From positions 16,864,001 to 16,928,000 of the forward strand of contig NC_043014.1 in the NCBI RefSeq assembly GCF_006345805.1: 64,000 bases of DNA, read 5' to 3'. Positions within the stretch are counted from its first letter, which is position 1. Each line of letters opens with the position of its first letter. This DNA is from Octopus sinensis (lineage: Eukaryota). Shown here one piece after another: positions 1 through 13,765 of the stretch. A model generated the notes under the pieces. It was given only the letters and a program-made list of their open reading frames with translations. It had not been told where the DNA came from and did not search any database. The position numbers and the translations under genes are program-made.

Positions 1-808
1 TGAATTAAAGTAAATTAATGTAATCAGCCATTTGTTAGTTTGTGAGAAAGGGAGGTGGTCAGCTGATTAATTTAGCAATTGATGTGTAATTAGTTGCTAA
101 TAAGAAGTGTGTAGCAGAATGATTTGATTGGTGAAGGAACTGTGGAGTCATTCATTGGTTTGTCATGAGTGGTAAAACTGAATGCGATGATACATGGCTA
201 GGAATGTATACAGGGAGAGAGTGGAATATATATTGAGAGACATAAACGGAGTGGGGTGTGGCTTAGACTGAAAATTTATTTAGTTTTAAATGATTTATTT
301 CTGCAAGAGGGGTGGGGTGGGGGAGAGTTAAAGAGACACACACAACACTTGCAGATATACAAAGAGAAATAGACACATACACATACACACACACTAATTA
401 ATTATTGCTCATCTAATGATGTAAACAATCACATTTTAAATTAACATTACAACACCCACCTCCATGCCCACCACCACAACAACGACATCACTGATAATTA
501 AGTCTAAGGTGAAAATTGCATGTAAAATGTGTGGAAGGTTACAGCTGGGACATTGTGGACTGTAGAGTTGCAGGATCCAAGGTAACCTAGGGTTAAACAA
601 CAACAACAACAGTTTATATCAATAAAAACAAACACAAATGTTTCATTTTAAAAGTTTTTAGTTAAAATAATATAAAAGAAAAACAGTTTCAAAATTGATA
701 AATGAAGGTGTAAACACAGACTTACTTTATATATTACATATACACACATATATATACACACACACATACATATATGTATATATATATATCTAATTGTTTA
801 TATATGTG

Positions 809-865
<57 letters not shown>

Positions 866-1065
866 TTATATATAAATATATATATATATATATTGACATA
901 TATGGATATTTTACATAATGTATATACACATTTATATATATAAATTACATAAAAACAAACTTTTTTACATAAATTTTTCCACCTGAAAAAGCTGTAAATC
1001 AACAATAATTTTATAGGAAAGGATTTTTCTCTTTTAAATATATCTTTCAAATATCATACATATAT

Positions 1066-1450
1066 ATGTCCTGTCGAAAGACCCTTGTCCTACGTCCTGG
1101 TTTTGTTTTGTTTTTTATCCTTACCGTTATTCTTTTTACGTTTTTGTATTCTTATTCATGCTTTCCTTATTGTTTTCATGTATTCTGTATTTTTATTAGT
1201 GTACATCGTTCGTTTTCCGTCCTTGTGTTGTATACATTCGAAACTTTCTTCCAAGGGATCTAATGCGCTTGGCTTAGATTTCCCTTGGGGGCTGCCCAGA
1301 TCGGAGCAATCTCAAGATTAATCAGCCGAAATTGCGAAGATGATCTGGTTCTTGACTGATGACTGAGGGCTTCGAATGTCCCGTCCTGTGGTTCTTGTGT
1401 CGTCTCCTTGGTGTTTCACGTTCTTGTCCCAGTTTGTATTTATTTTTTAC

Positions 1451-1455
<5 letters not shown>
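1066..1455. repeat. Dispersed repeat family copy (inverted copy at 60135-60340; diverged relative near 48900)
   Basis: 1255-1455 is near-identical to the reverse complement of 60135-60340. Confidence 0.8.
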
Positions 1456-1482
<27 letters not shown>

Positions 1483-1589
1483 TCTGTAAGGGTGTGTGTG
1501 TGTGTGCATGCATATGTGTATATGTATAGATGTGTATATTTATATATATGTCTGTGTGTGTGTCTCAGTGCAGGTGTGTGTGTGTGTAA

Positions 1590-1640
<51 letters not shown>

Positions 1641-1709
1641 AATATACATATATATATACATATATATATATATACATATATATATATACATATATATACT
1701 ATATATATA

Positions 1710-1768
<59 letters not shown>

Positions 1769-2084
1769 TACACATATATATACACATATCTGTATATATA
1801 TAAGGAAAGAGAAATGTTTTTTTTCCTTCCATATTTCTCATTGTTACTGGAGATGAAATGGTGAAATGTTGAAGCATACCCGAATGAGTTAGCCATGAAA
1901 CAAGCAGCCATCACAAAGTGGAATGGAGAGGGGCGTTGAAGGGGGGGGGGGATACAATTGAAATCTTTCAAACTGTTACATCAGTTATTTGCTGAATAAT
2001 ATAAATTTCTCATTACTACACACATATATACACATGAGTGTATATGTGTATGTAGGTGTCTCCTTTCATCTTAATGTATGCATT

Positions 2085-2318
2085 AATTCTAAACAAGGTC
2101 TCCATCAAACGGTATCATCTGTCTAAAATCCCCCATGGAAACATGTCCGGCCACCGAGCTGTTCGTTGTTTGAAGGAGGAGAAATATTAACTGAAGTGGA
2201 AACCGGTGAGGATTGGCAACAGGAAGGGCATCTGGCTGCAGAAAACCTGTCTCAGCAGGTTTTGCTTGAGCCATGCAAGCATAGAACTGTAGATGTTAAA
2301 ATGATGATGATGATGATG
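2085..2318 (+). mobile_element. RTE 3'-end-derived short element
   Basis: ggaagggcatctggctg...gttaaaatgatgatg tail, related to the 3' ends of the RTE LINEs at 45.5 and 53.9 kb. Confidence 0.6.
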
Positions 2319-3715
2319 ACAAATACTCATTACACACACATATGTTTAAATATATACATATACACATATACATATGTATATAAACACACACACAGGTAAA
2401 AATATATATTTATATCTGTACACACACACAACACACACACACACACATATCAGGATTTTATAATAAAATATATGAAAAATTTATGCCTTTGTAAACAAGA
2501 AAATACTGGCCAAGTACATTCAAGACACAGCATGGATTTGAACCCTGTATCTCTTGCATTCTGTTACCAGTTCCACTACACAGAGATTGCTCTCAAATCC
2601 GGTATGAATGTATGTCTCTGTCTCCACTGATCTTTGCCCTTCATAATGTGCTCTTGTTGTTCAGTGGAGGTGTCTGTGGTGGTCCAGGGGCCAAATTGGG
2701 GTGGGGTGGGGAGAGGATATGGAGGGGATTTTCTTATCTCTGTTGCCCTGAAGGGGTTTTTCAGTCTTCGAGTGACTGGCAGGTGGTTGTGGGTCCTTAG
2801 AGTAATATTGTAGGGAGACATGGGGGTGGGGTGAGGGCTTAATGGAAAGACTGGACAAAAGTTTAGATGAGCTTGACCAAGTGAATGAATGAGGGGTGGG
2901 GTGGGGTAGAGAGAGAGAGCATTGATATGGAGAGATGGTGGGTATGGAGGGTGAGAGATGAATAAAGAAGTATGAAATAATGTTTATGGAAAGAATCTGT
3001 GGAAGAGGAAGAACTGAAGAAAATGGCAGCAGAAGGGGTGAGGGTTGACTTTGTGAAGTTGCCCATCACATTGGAAGGGTGGAGGACAAAGAACTATGAT
3101 AAATTGTGCTGTGGTGAAACAGGCTGGTCCAACACATGCCAGCATGGAAAAGCACATGTGCACTGATGAAAGTGGTGTTGCGTGTGTGTGCATATATATA
3201 TATATCTCTTATTATAAAAGGCAGATTTTATCTGCCTCCCTTTGGGAGTTATACAAATCTACAATATAGGACTTCTTCAATTACAATTTACCTTGCATTT
3301 TTAAGAGTACAATGCATCGCGTCATGCCAGGTCCAGTTTAAAATTTAAACTCCAGTTAAGCAAAATACACAGAAAACTCACATTCTGGTGTGTGTGTCAA
3401 ATGCTTTTCTTAGTCTGGTTTACAGCACACGCAAACGCACACACACAGTGGGCAACGAATAAAATGAAAGTAATTGACTTACTGTAGTGAGTGATTCTTT
3501 CACTCTGCCTCCCACTTCCTCTTTCCACACAGACACGCAAATATATAAATAAAATTGTAAGCTAACGTGCGTGTGTGTGAGTGGGTGTGTGTGGGTGTGC
3601 GTGTGTGTGTGTGTGTGAGGGTGCGTGTGTGTGTGTGTGTGTGTGCGTGTGCATGAGTGTGTGACAGGAAAGTTTTTTTACGACGAATATAACACCTATA
3701 TCCAAGTAGCAGAAA

Positions 3716-4190
3716 GATAAGACAGTAAGGTGTGATTTGAGGGAGATTTGGCTGCTATTTCTACCATGTCTAGCTGCCATGTAGGGGTCTCCCTCATAGG
3801 CTCATACATACATATATACATAGATAAGACAGTAAGGTGTGATTTGGGGGAAATTTGGCTGCTATTTCTACCAGGTCTAGCTGCCATGTAGGGGTCTCCT
3901 CATAGGCTCATACATACATATATACATAGATAAGACAGTAAGGTGTGATTTGGGGGAAATTTGGCTGCTATTTCTACCAGGTCTAGCTGCCATGTAGGGG
4001 TCTCCCTCATAGGCTCATACACATATATACATAGATAAGACAGTAAGGTGTGATTTGGGGGAAATTTGGCTGCTATTTCTACCAACTCTAGCTACCATGT
4101 AGAGGTCCCCCTCATTGGCTCATATATATATACATACATAAGACAGTAAGGTGTGATTTGAGGGAGATTTGCTGCTGTTTCTACCAGGTC
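3716..4190 (+). repeat. Tandem repeat, ~105-107 bp x 4.5
   Basis: Units start near 3716, 3823, 3929, 4034 and 4137. Confidence 0.9.
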
Positions 4191-4554
4191 TGTTAGGCCT
4201 TCTCATGTAAACTCAAGCTTTCTCATGCCTTCAACATATGACCAAAGCAGAGAATGTATTCTTTTATTCTTCTGCTTTTTCCAGCCATTGGTCTGTGGCC
4301 ATGCTGGGGCAATGCCTTGAAGAATTGTAGTTTAATGAATCAACTCCAGTTTTATTTTTGCAAGCATTGTACTTATTCTATCTGTTTCCTTTGTCAAACC
4401 ACTAGGTGACAGGATGTAAACAACCAACATTCGTTGTCAAGCAGTGGTGGAGGACAATCACAAGCACAGACACGCACACACACACACATACATGCATACA
4501 CATATACACACATACATACATACATACATATATATATATATGTGTATATATATA

Positions 4555-4813
4555 TTGCAGCGTGGAAGGTGTTTGTAAGCCATTTAAGAAACACACAAAA
4601 ACCGTTACATTCACTTCAACATTTAAATTTAATTTGCCAAAATATTTTCATCGCTTTCAGACCGCGACCTGTTCACTGACAAAAATATCGTGCTAACAGG
4701 TCGCGGTCTCAAAGCGACGAAAATATTTTCACAAATTAAATTTAAATGTTGAAGTGAATATAACGGTTTTTGTGTGTTTCTTAAATGGCTTATAAACACC
4801 TTCAACGCTGCAA
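4555..4813. repeat. Long inverted repeat (119-bp arms, 21-nt spacer)
   Basis: 4555-4673 is the reverse complement of 4695-4813 with few mismatches. Confidence 0.92.
4633..4683 (-). ncRNA. Hammerhead ribozyme-like motif, G3-C8 core variant
   Basis: Minus strand: tttgtca GTGAACA g GTCGC ggtctgaaa GCGAT GAAA atat tt TGGCAAA. Confidence 0.55.
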
Positions 4814-4985
4814 CTGTTTTCGTTCCAGCACACGATCTCAGATCAAGTCACTTGCTATGCAAGTACATCTCTGTAACTATATATATATATTTATATATAT
4901 ATATATATATATATGTATATTGGTAAAAACAGTAAGATAACAAAAAAGAAAGAAAGAGACCTCAATATTATGTAAATATAGGAAA

Positions 4986-5377
4986 TCTTTATATATAAAA
5001 GTGAGGTTGTGTGTCTGTCTCCTACGATTTAGATTCCTAACTACTCCCACATTTTTGCGTTTGCAGTTAACCAAAACGGGTATCTTATAGTCGTGATTCA
5101 TATCGAGACCGTCTGGGTATTAGCGCGCGTCTACGATGAGTCTACGATTTAAAAAAAAATTACCATCAATTTTTCCCATTTTTAATCCATTTTTGACATA
5201 TATAAGGGAAGTAACTCTCTAAAATTTATTATTAAATCTCAGAACGTAAAAAGCTACAGTAACACCCCTCCCCCTTTGTGGTTAGCCATTGAGATGGCTA
5301 TTATACTTTACATCTCTAAAAATGCTTATATAATTATTTCCCTTACAAACCCGAGCAACGCCGGGCAATACTGCTAG
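4986..5377 (+). mobile_element. Non-autonomous Helitron, family A
   Basis: A|TC start, subterminal hairpin cccgagcaacgccggg, CTAG|T end, no TSD. Confidence 0.88.
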
Positions 5378-5412
5378 TATATATATATATATATAATATA
5401 TATATATATAAT

Positions 5413-5453
<41 letters not shown>

Positions 5454-5483
5454 TACATATATTATATATATATATATATATAT

Positions 5484-5516
<33 letters not shown>

Positions 5517-5524
5517 CATGCACA

Positions 5525-5800
5525 TGTGGCCTAGTGGTTAGGGTGTTGCACTCATGATCACTAGGTCTTGGGTTCGATTCCTGGACTGGGTGGCGCATTG
5601 TGTTCTTGAGCAAAACACTTCATTTGCTGTTGTTCCAGTCCATTCCATTGTAAATGGGTAACTCTGCAACGGAATAGCCTTCTGATCAGGGGGACTGTTG
5701 ACCTGGTCGCCTAGCCAGCGGGTGGTATCATTCGAAGGCTAAAACAATGCGAAGCGCATTGTGACCAGTGATGTATAACAACATCCGATATTCTAGTTGA
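5525..5800 (+). mobile_element. tRNA-derived SINE
   Basis: A box tggcctagtgg, B box ggttcgattcc, conserved tgtgttcttgagcaaaacac block; paralogue at 57143. Confidence 0.8.
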
Positions 5801-5926
5801 TACCGTGATACACACACACACATATGTGCACAGACACAGTCGTGCATGTTTTGTGTATATATGCAATGTGTTTGTGTAGTGCATGTGTGTATGAGTATAG
5901 TTAAAAGTGATTGTTAAGGTATTAAG

Positions 5927-6021
<95 letters not shown>

Positions 6022-7569
6022 GTATATATACTTTATTTGTGGGTTAACAAGGCGACCAAAGGCTTCATGTGAAGATATCTTCACAATTGTTCAAGCATGC
6101 CACATGGAAGTGTTGGTACTCATTTCCATTTTGGATGGGAATACACAAGCATTTTGAAATGAATACACAGGTCATGGGAGGTAATTTATAAGAGTATCTT
6201 GATTGTTATCTCCCTTGCATTAGCCCTGGATTTTTGCAAGAAATTGCATTCGCCATAGATGAATTAATTCCTTAATATATATATATATATATAACAGTGA
6301 GAGGTATTGTGGACATTGGACTATGTCACTGGTGGAGGTTCAAGTCCTATGAATGTCAGGTTTTAAAAATAATTAGTAGTTAGCTGCACTAACTTCCTAA
6401 TTAATACAAAAGGACCAATGATGGCAGAGGCAAGTAAACACAAATATGAAGATACAGGTTCAATCCCACACCAAATCATCATCATCTTAAAATTGTCGAG
6501 CCTCTCCAAAGGTCAAAGGTCAGCTCTTGTTTATCACACTGTAAAGTTCATAATTATTAAAAATCGTTCACACATTTATGCTAGATCAGTCAACACCTCT
6601 CACTTGCAGTGTCTTTATATTCTGGTGCAAAATATACTGTGAAATGAGGTCCCTGGAAGGAAATTGCCCTATATTATTGCTATAATATGGTAGAAAAGAA
6701 TCCAAAGACCCAGTGTTCAGTGGCAGAAAGCTGTTAATAAAAAAATTGTTCAGGTTACTGTAGAGGTGATAGATATGTTCCCTCTAATAGAGAGGACATA
6801 CCTACTACCACCTATAGATGGGGTTATAAGTGATAAAGGGAGCAATCGGATCAGTTTTGGATGAAGTAAAAGGTTATCTTAGGGGGATCTTTGTGTTTGT
6901 TGAAAACTAGCCCCTGATGACCTCTAATGACTACAGGTTTCAGGTTGGATATCAAACAGTGCTTGAGTGACCATTTGTCAGTGAGTGGACACAACAAGTT
7001 GGTTGAGTGATCCACAGTCAGAGGTACATCTGGGGGATAGCAGGTGCCCCAACTCCTTAAGATGATTGATGACGATGACGTAATGAAAGTGTTCAAAGCC
7101 TTCTGGGTAATAAAGCAGAAAGTCCCAAGTAAAAATTAATAAAAACTGTACAACACTAGTGTGACCCCTGCCAAGGGGAGAGGGATATATTGTTGTAGGC
7201 CACACCTGAACCACTACTGTGGCCCCACGAGGGGAGTTTAGGGGTCTGGAGCAAGCTGGGAAGACATGGGCAAAAGTAAAATCTTCAGCTAAAGACAGGT
7301 GAAGAAGAAAAGCACCAGGGGACAGATATATTAGTTTATTTGAGGCAGTGATAGAGTGGTGGTGGTATTGCACACTGGGGAATATGTGGGTGGTGGTGGT
7401 GAGTAAGAGACACACAGACAGATTAACAAATATATATATCTATACACATCTATATATATATATACACACACATATATATATATGTATATACATACATACA
7501 TATACATATATATCTGTGTGTGTATATTTATATATGTACATATATACAGTAGGCAGAATAAAAGTAAGG

Positions 7570-7780
7570 GTGGGGATATTGAGGGAGCCATAATCTTGGC
7601 TGGTAACAGAGGGATTCTTGCTCCCAGTGAAGGGCAGATTGTACGATGCATGTGCACAAAGTGCGATGCTGCATGGCAGCAAAACATGGGCACTGAATGC
7701 GGAGAATGTGCAAAGTCTGGAAAGACATGAAAGTGAACAAGCTCCGCTGGGTGTATAAATGATGGAGTAGAACAAAGCTG
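7570..7780 (+). mobile_element. Degenerate RTE RT C-terminal fragment
   Basis: [25 protein letters not shown] is similar to [14 protein letters not shown](Y/H)GSETWAVTAE of the RTE copies in this window. Confidence 0.7.
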
Positions 7781-8548
7781 AGAGAGGAAGAGTGTATATA
7801 ATGAGGTGTAATGAGAGAAGGATGTCAGCAGGGGAGTGTTGTGGAGTAGCACAGAAAGAAACTCTGATTTTATGTCATGTTATAATAAAAGCAATTTAAG
7901 TGAAGAATTATTCTGAGGAAGGATAGCAGGCTGAAACTTTGAAGTCACTGTCACCCCTCTTCTTGTAAAAGTAAAATGTACATGTGTATATATATATATT
8001 TATATTTATGTATGTGCTAAAGTGGGAAGGAGGGGGGTTGTCTGGTTACCACTGGTTACGATGGTGCAGTGTAGAGGCCTCAATACTTTCCATGTTGGGC
8101 TGACATTATCATGTTGTGTTGTGGACTTCATTCATGTTGGCACATATATGTTTGTGTGTGGTGTGTATGTGGCACAGAGTCCCAGACACTGCACCATCAC
8201 TACTAAGACTGCACTTGTTTGGGAAATAAGCACAGCTGCATATACACAGAGTGTGACGTGGTCTGTTACAGCTGTAACAGACCTGTGTCACAGACAAAAC
8301 ACATCCACATGCACATATATATACATACCACACACACATAGAGACTTGTGTGTATATGTATATATACACATAGATTGATACATAGATATATACATATATA
8401 TACATATACACATACATATACACACATACATATATGTACATATATATACACACAAACACATAATATATCTTTATATGTATATATATGCATACATAAGCAC
8501 ACACATATATATATGTTGTACCACATAAAATATCTATAAAACTTTTAG

Positions 8549-8597
8549 CCAACAATGTATGTCCTGATGAATGAAAAGATGTAACATACATTGTTGG
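8549..8597 (+). ncRNA. Minimal hammerhead-like motif lacking helix II
   Basis: 14-bp perfect stem ccaacaatgtatgt/acatacattgttgg encloses c CTGATGA at GAAA agat GTA. Confidence 0.4.
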
Positions 8598-8709
8598 TCA
8601 AAAACCATATGGATATGCTGTAGAGTACATAATAACACACTAGTAATGTATATGTGTGTGCGTGCGGACATATGTATTCATGTATGGATAGAGCTCACAT
8701 TCCATTCTT

Positions 8710-8780
<71 letters not shown>

Positions 8781-8879
8781 TATATATATACATATATATG
8801 TATGTATACCTATATATATGTATGTAACATATATATGTATGTATACATATATATGTATGTATACATATATATATAAACG

Positions 8880-9090
8880 TTAGCGCGCCGGTCGAAACGC
8901 TTAGCGGTATTTCGTCTGTCGTTAAATTCTGAGTTTAAATTACGCCGAGGTTGACTTTGCCTTTCATCCCTTTCGGGGTCGATAAATAAAGTACCAGTTG
9001 CGTACTGGGGTCGATGTAATCAACTTAATCCGTTTGTGTGTCCTTGTTTGTCCCCTCTATGTTCAGCCCCTTGTGGGTAGTATAGAAATA
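8880..9090 (+). mobile_element. SINE, second family (Meta-domain-like central block)
   Basis: gccgaggttgactttgcctttcatccctttcggggtcgataaataaagtaccag block; inverted copies at 10205-10385 and 18630-18815. Domain assignment is from memory. Confidence 0.7.
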
Positions 9091-9902
9091 TATATATATG
9101 TATATATTTATTATATATACATGTGTCGGTCATTGTAAACAATTTATGATGCTGTATGACCTAATGTATATTAAAGGAAATTTATTTGCTGTCGAATTTG
9201 TCTCCATATTCTTTATTATTATCAATTGCTATATATATATACGTTTTTTTTTTTATTTCTAATCAGCAGAACTTACAAAGTGACTCAAGGGTTGAGAGTT
9301 TCGTGCATAAGCACTAATCATACTAGTTACAAATGAAAGGGTTATAAATTTATATACCAGTGATAATGGTATCTCCCTGGATAGTTCTCGAACAAATTAC
9401 AAAAGTAATTACAATGTCACATGGACAATGCATATTTTTCAAATGGCTTGACCATTAAGCATTTCAATAACTAAATAAATAAATAAACAAACATATATAA
9501 AGAAAATTTAAAATATATATATATATATGATAAGTGTTAAAGCATGAACCCCCGGCCCTTGAGTTACTCTGTAACTTTACTAATTATTAATAAAAAACAT
9601 ATATATACTCATGTTTTGAGTTCATTTTCCCTGTTTGCATCACCAAACCTATATATATATATATGTATATATATTTGTATATGTATATATATATACACAT
9701 ATATATATTTATATATATATATTTATATGCATATATATATTTCGATTTTGTATTGAATTTGCAAGATTCTTTAAGTGAATTGCTGTGTTGAAACAAATTT
9801 TGTTGTGTCTTGGGAAAGACATATATATATATATATATATATCATCAGTGGATCATATATCCAAAGAAGAAGCACACTCTAAAACATATTAGAGCAGTAA
9901 AG

Positions 9903-10058
9903 TATTTACCAGTAATCCGTTAAGGCTGGTCAGAGAGTGACCATTGGTTTCAGGTGAAAGGCCATTGAGTCTGACAAGTCGCCTATACAGCCAAGCACTT
10001 TATAGGTGCGAAACCAATGGTCACTCTCTGACCAGCCTTAACGGATTACAGGTAAATA
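9903..10058. repeat. Fold-back with ~49-bp inverted arms
   Basis: 9903-9951 pairs with 10010-10058, one mismatch. Confidence 0.92.
9967..10026 (+). ncRNA. Type I hammerhead ribozyme with G8A lesion
   Basis: GAGT CTGACAA gtcgcctata..tataggtgc GAAA ccaatg GTC ACTC; helices I-III all form. Confidence 0.65.
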
Positions 10059-10204
10059 TATATATATATATATATTAAAAAAATATATATATATAAATAT
10101 ATATATATCTGTATGTATATATATTTATATGCATATTGTAGATACTAAATCAATATATATATGACACCTTTTTATTCATGAGGTGTTCTCTTTTAATACA
10201 TATT

Positions 10205-10385
10205 GGCCAAATTTTGGCACAAGGCTAGGGGAGTGATAGGTCAATTATATTGACCCCAATACTCAACTGGTACTTATTTTATCGACCCCAAAAGGATGAA
10301 AGGTAAAGTCAACCTTGGTGGAATTTGAACTCAGAACGTAAAGACGGACAAAATGCCGCTAATTGTTCTGGCCACTCGCTGCCTT
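10205..10385 (-). mobile_element. SINE, same family as 8880-9090
   Basis: Reverse complement of the central block. Confidence 0.65.
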
Positions 10386-10530
10386 ATCTCTATTATTACA
10401 TATTGATGATGTTAGGTTTGTGGTTCGTGAACATACACACACATGTATATATGTATTGTGTGAGTAGGTGTATGTATATGATTAGTATGTTGTATAGATG
10501 TCAGTTAAGTAACATACCTATCGTCTTCTC

Positions 10531-10563
<33 letters not shown>

Positions 10564-11297
10564 TAGCAAGGAGAAGTTTATCAAAAACTCTGCAAGAACG
10601 GGAAAGTATTGTAACATAAAATATTTGTAGGATTGGGGAGGGGAAGTTCGATGCCTGAAAATAGTTTCCATTGTCGTGTATATGTATAGCAGGACATTTC
10701 ATATATATATATGTTGTATTTATGGATATGTATGTATGTGTATGTATGTATATGTATGTGTGTATTTGTATATATGTGTGTGTGCATATGTGTGTACATA
10801 TATGTGTGTGTACGTACTAGTGTATGAGTCTGTGTGTATACGGTATATATTTACATGTAGGTATATGCTTGTGTATATGTTTATGGTGTGATATGTCACA
10901 TGTATATGTATATATATGTATGGGTGTAAGTATGAATATACGTATGTATGTGTGTACGTGTATTTACATATGTATGTATATTTATATGTATATATATGTG
11001 TATATATATATATATATATAGATATATATATGTACGCTTGTGTGTTTTATGTATATGTATGTATGTAGATATATGTGTATATGTATGTATATATGTGTAT
11101 ATGTGTAAATATGTATATATATGTGTATGTTTATATGTATGTATCTGTATGTATGTGTACAGGCGCGCGTATATGTATGTGTAAGTATGGGTAATTGCAC
11201 GTATATATATTTATTATTTGAGTATGCATGTATGTATATATGTATATGTTTTTCTGCATGTATGTATTTATGTATATATAGATGCGCGTATACATAT

Positions 11298-11645
11298 GTG
11301 GAGGCGCAATGGCCCAGTGGTTAGGGCAGCGGACTCGCGGTCATAGGATCGCGGTTTCGATTCCCAGGCCGGGCGTTGTGAGTGTTTATTGAGCGAAAAC
11401 ACCTAAAGCTCCACGCGGCTCCGGCTCCGGCAGGGGATGGTGCTGTACTCTTTCACCACAACTTTCTCTCACTCTTACTTCCTGTTTCTGTTGTACCTGT
11501 ATTTCAAAGGGCCGGCCTTGTCACTCTCTGTGTCACGCTGAATATCCCCGAGAACTACGTTAAGGGTACACGTGTCTGTGGAGTGCTCAGCCACTTACAC
11601 GTTAATTTCACGAGCAAGCTGTTCCGTTGATTCGAATCAACCGGA
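11298..11645 (+). mobile_element. tRNA-derived SINE
   Basis: A box tggcccagtgg, B box ggtttcgattccc; 3' half nearly identical to 13915-14050. Confidence 0.85.
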
Positions 11646-12944
11646 ACCCTTCCATATATTCCATATACATATGTATACATTTATGTATGTGTATATGTAT
11701 TGGTGTATATATGTGTATGTATGTGTATATGTGTGCGTTCGTGTGTATATATATATATGTATATATATATATGTATATATATATATGTGTGTGTATATGC
11801 CTGTATACGTCTGTGTGGATGTATGTATGTATATGGGTGTGTGTATGGACGTATATGTATGTGTATGTATATGTATGTGTATGTATATATGTGTATATAC
11901 ATATGTATATGTATGTGTATGTATATATGTGTATATACATATATATGTGTATGTGTATATGTATGTATATTTGTATGGGTATATATATATGTGTATATGT
12001 ATGTGTATGTATGTACGTGTATATGTATATGTATGTGTGTATATGTATTGACTTGTTGGGTTTCTTTTTTATATATGTAGATAGATATGTGTGCGTGTAT
12101 ATGCATAGATATGCGTATGTGTATTAGTATGTGCATGTGTTTATATATGTGTATGTATATGTATAGATATATATGGATGTATGTGTATGTAGGTATGTAT
12201 ATGACTGGTGTAAGTATATATGTGTATGTATATGTAGGTATATACGTACGTGTATGTGTGTATATATATGGACTAGTTTTCTGTGTGTGGATAGATGTAA
12301 GTATGTGTATGCGTGTAGATATGAATTTGTAGGTACGTGTACGTATGTGTATATACGTGCATGTATGTATAAGTATGAGTGTAGGTATGTATATGTAGGT
12401 ATGCTTTTATGTACACGTGTATGCGTGCATGTGTGCTAATATGTACTTAAAAGCGTATGGATGCGTATGTATGTTTACATGCACAAATGTCTGTATATAG
12501 GCATATGCGTCTATATATGCGGGCAGATGTTCATGTGTGTTTATGTGTATTGAAGTACATTTATATATGTGGTTTTGTGTGTACATAGTTATGTGTACGT
12601 TTATGTGAAAGTCGGTACACTTATGTATATATGAATATGTGTACTTGTGTGTGTATATGTATGTGTATACATAGAACACGTGCGTTTGTGTATGTGTATG
12701 AGTGTGGCGTGTGAGTGTGTGTGCATGTGTGAGTGTTTGTGTTCGTATCAGTGGGTGGAAGAGATAAAGATAGAAAGGAAGGGAAAGGGGCAATAAATGG
12801 CTTTTTTAGGCCGGCTACTCCCTCGGGAGGGTCTTACTTCAGTGCCAGCTGGTAGGTCGAGGTCAAAATAAAAAATAAATAAAATAAAATAAGGGAAGAA
12901 ATGTGTGTGTATATGTGTGCATGTATATACATATGTATATCATA

Positions 12945-12990
<46 letters not shown>

Positions 12991-13240
12991 TGTGTGTGTG
13001 TGTGTGTGTTGTGTGTGTGTATTGTGTGTGTGGTGTTTGTGTATATATGTGTGTATATATATATGTGAGCATGTGTGTATGTGTGCGTGTGCTTGCATGG
13101 TGGCATGTATGTGTGTGTGCATTGTATATATAAATATATGATTGTATGGATATATGTATGTGTGTATGTATGAGTATGTGTATGGGTGTGTACGAATATG
13201 TATGTGTGTATATGTATATTTATATATATATATACTATAT

Positions 13241-13282
<42 letters not shown>

Positions 13283-13330
13283 ATATATATATATATATGT
13301 ATATATGTATATGATATATTATATATAAGT
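11646..13330. repeat. Long degenerate (TA)/(TG)/(TATG) microsatellite field
   Basis: Low-complexity dinucleotide mosaics; the overlapping YI/CV/HT ORFs are artefacts. Confidence 0.9.
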
Positions 13331-13474
13331 GATAGTCTCTGTCTTCTTTTTACCTAAAACTCTATTCTATTATTCATTTATTCTTTTATCTACTTTATCA
13401 CTGATTCTTTTGACCACTCCCCTAAGAAAGACAGTTTGCGCCATGCCTACCCCAAATCTAAATGCAAATATACA

Positions 13475-13508
<34 letters not shown>

Positions 13509-13643
13509 CACACACAAAACATACTAATAATATATATATATATATATACACAACATACTAATCATATACATATATATAGACACACATACACAAAATTATT
13601 GACACATAACTATCCATACATATATATACACCAGTGTATATAC

Positions 13644-13674
<31 letters not shown>

Positions 13675-13765
13675 AATGTGTATGCATGTATGTATGCATG
13701 TTAAAGTAAACAGATAGATATGTGTATATATACCTATATGTTGAGCAGTGTGTATATATATATAT

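Noticed and set aside
1345-1395. CTGATGA...GAAT...GTC hammerhead-like string (also 60215-60240 and 48915-48950)
   Set aside because: GAAA is GAAT, and neither helix I nor helix II pairs.
11301-11375. tRNA-like heads as real tRNA genes (also 5525, 13766, 20745, 57143)
   Set aside because: No complete acceptor stem; each continues into a shared SINE body.
790-13330. Many YI/CV/HT-rich ORFs in the ORF track (also throughout the window)
   Set aside because: They are translations of (TA)n, (TG)n and (CA)n microsatellites, with no domain signal.
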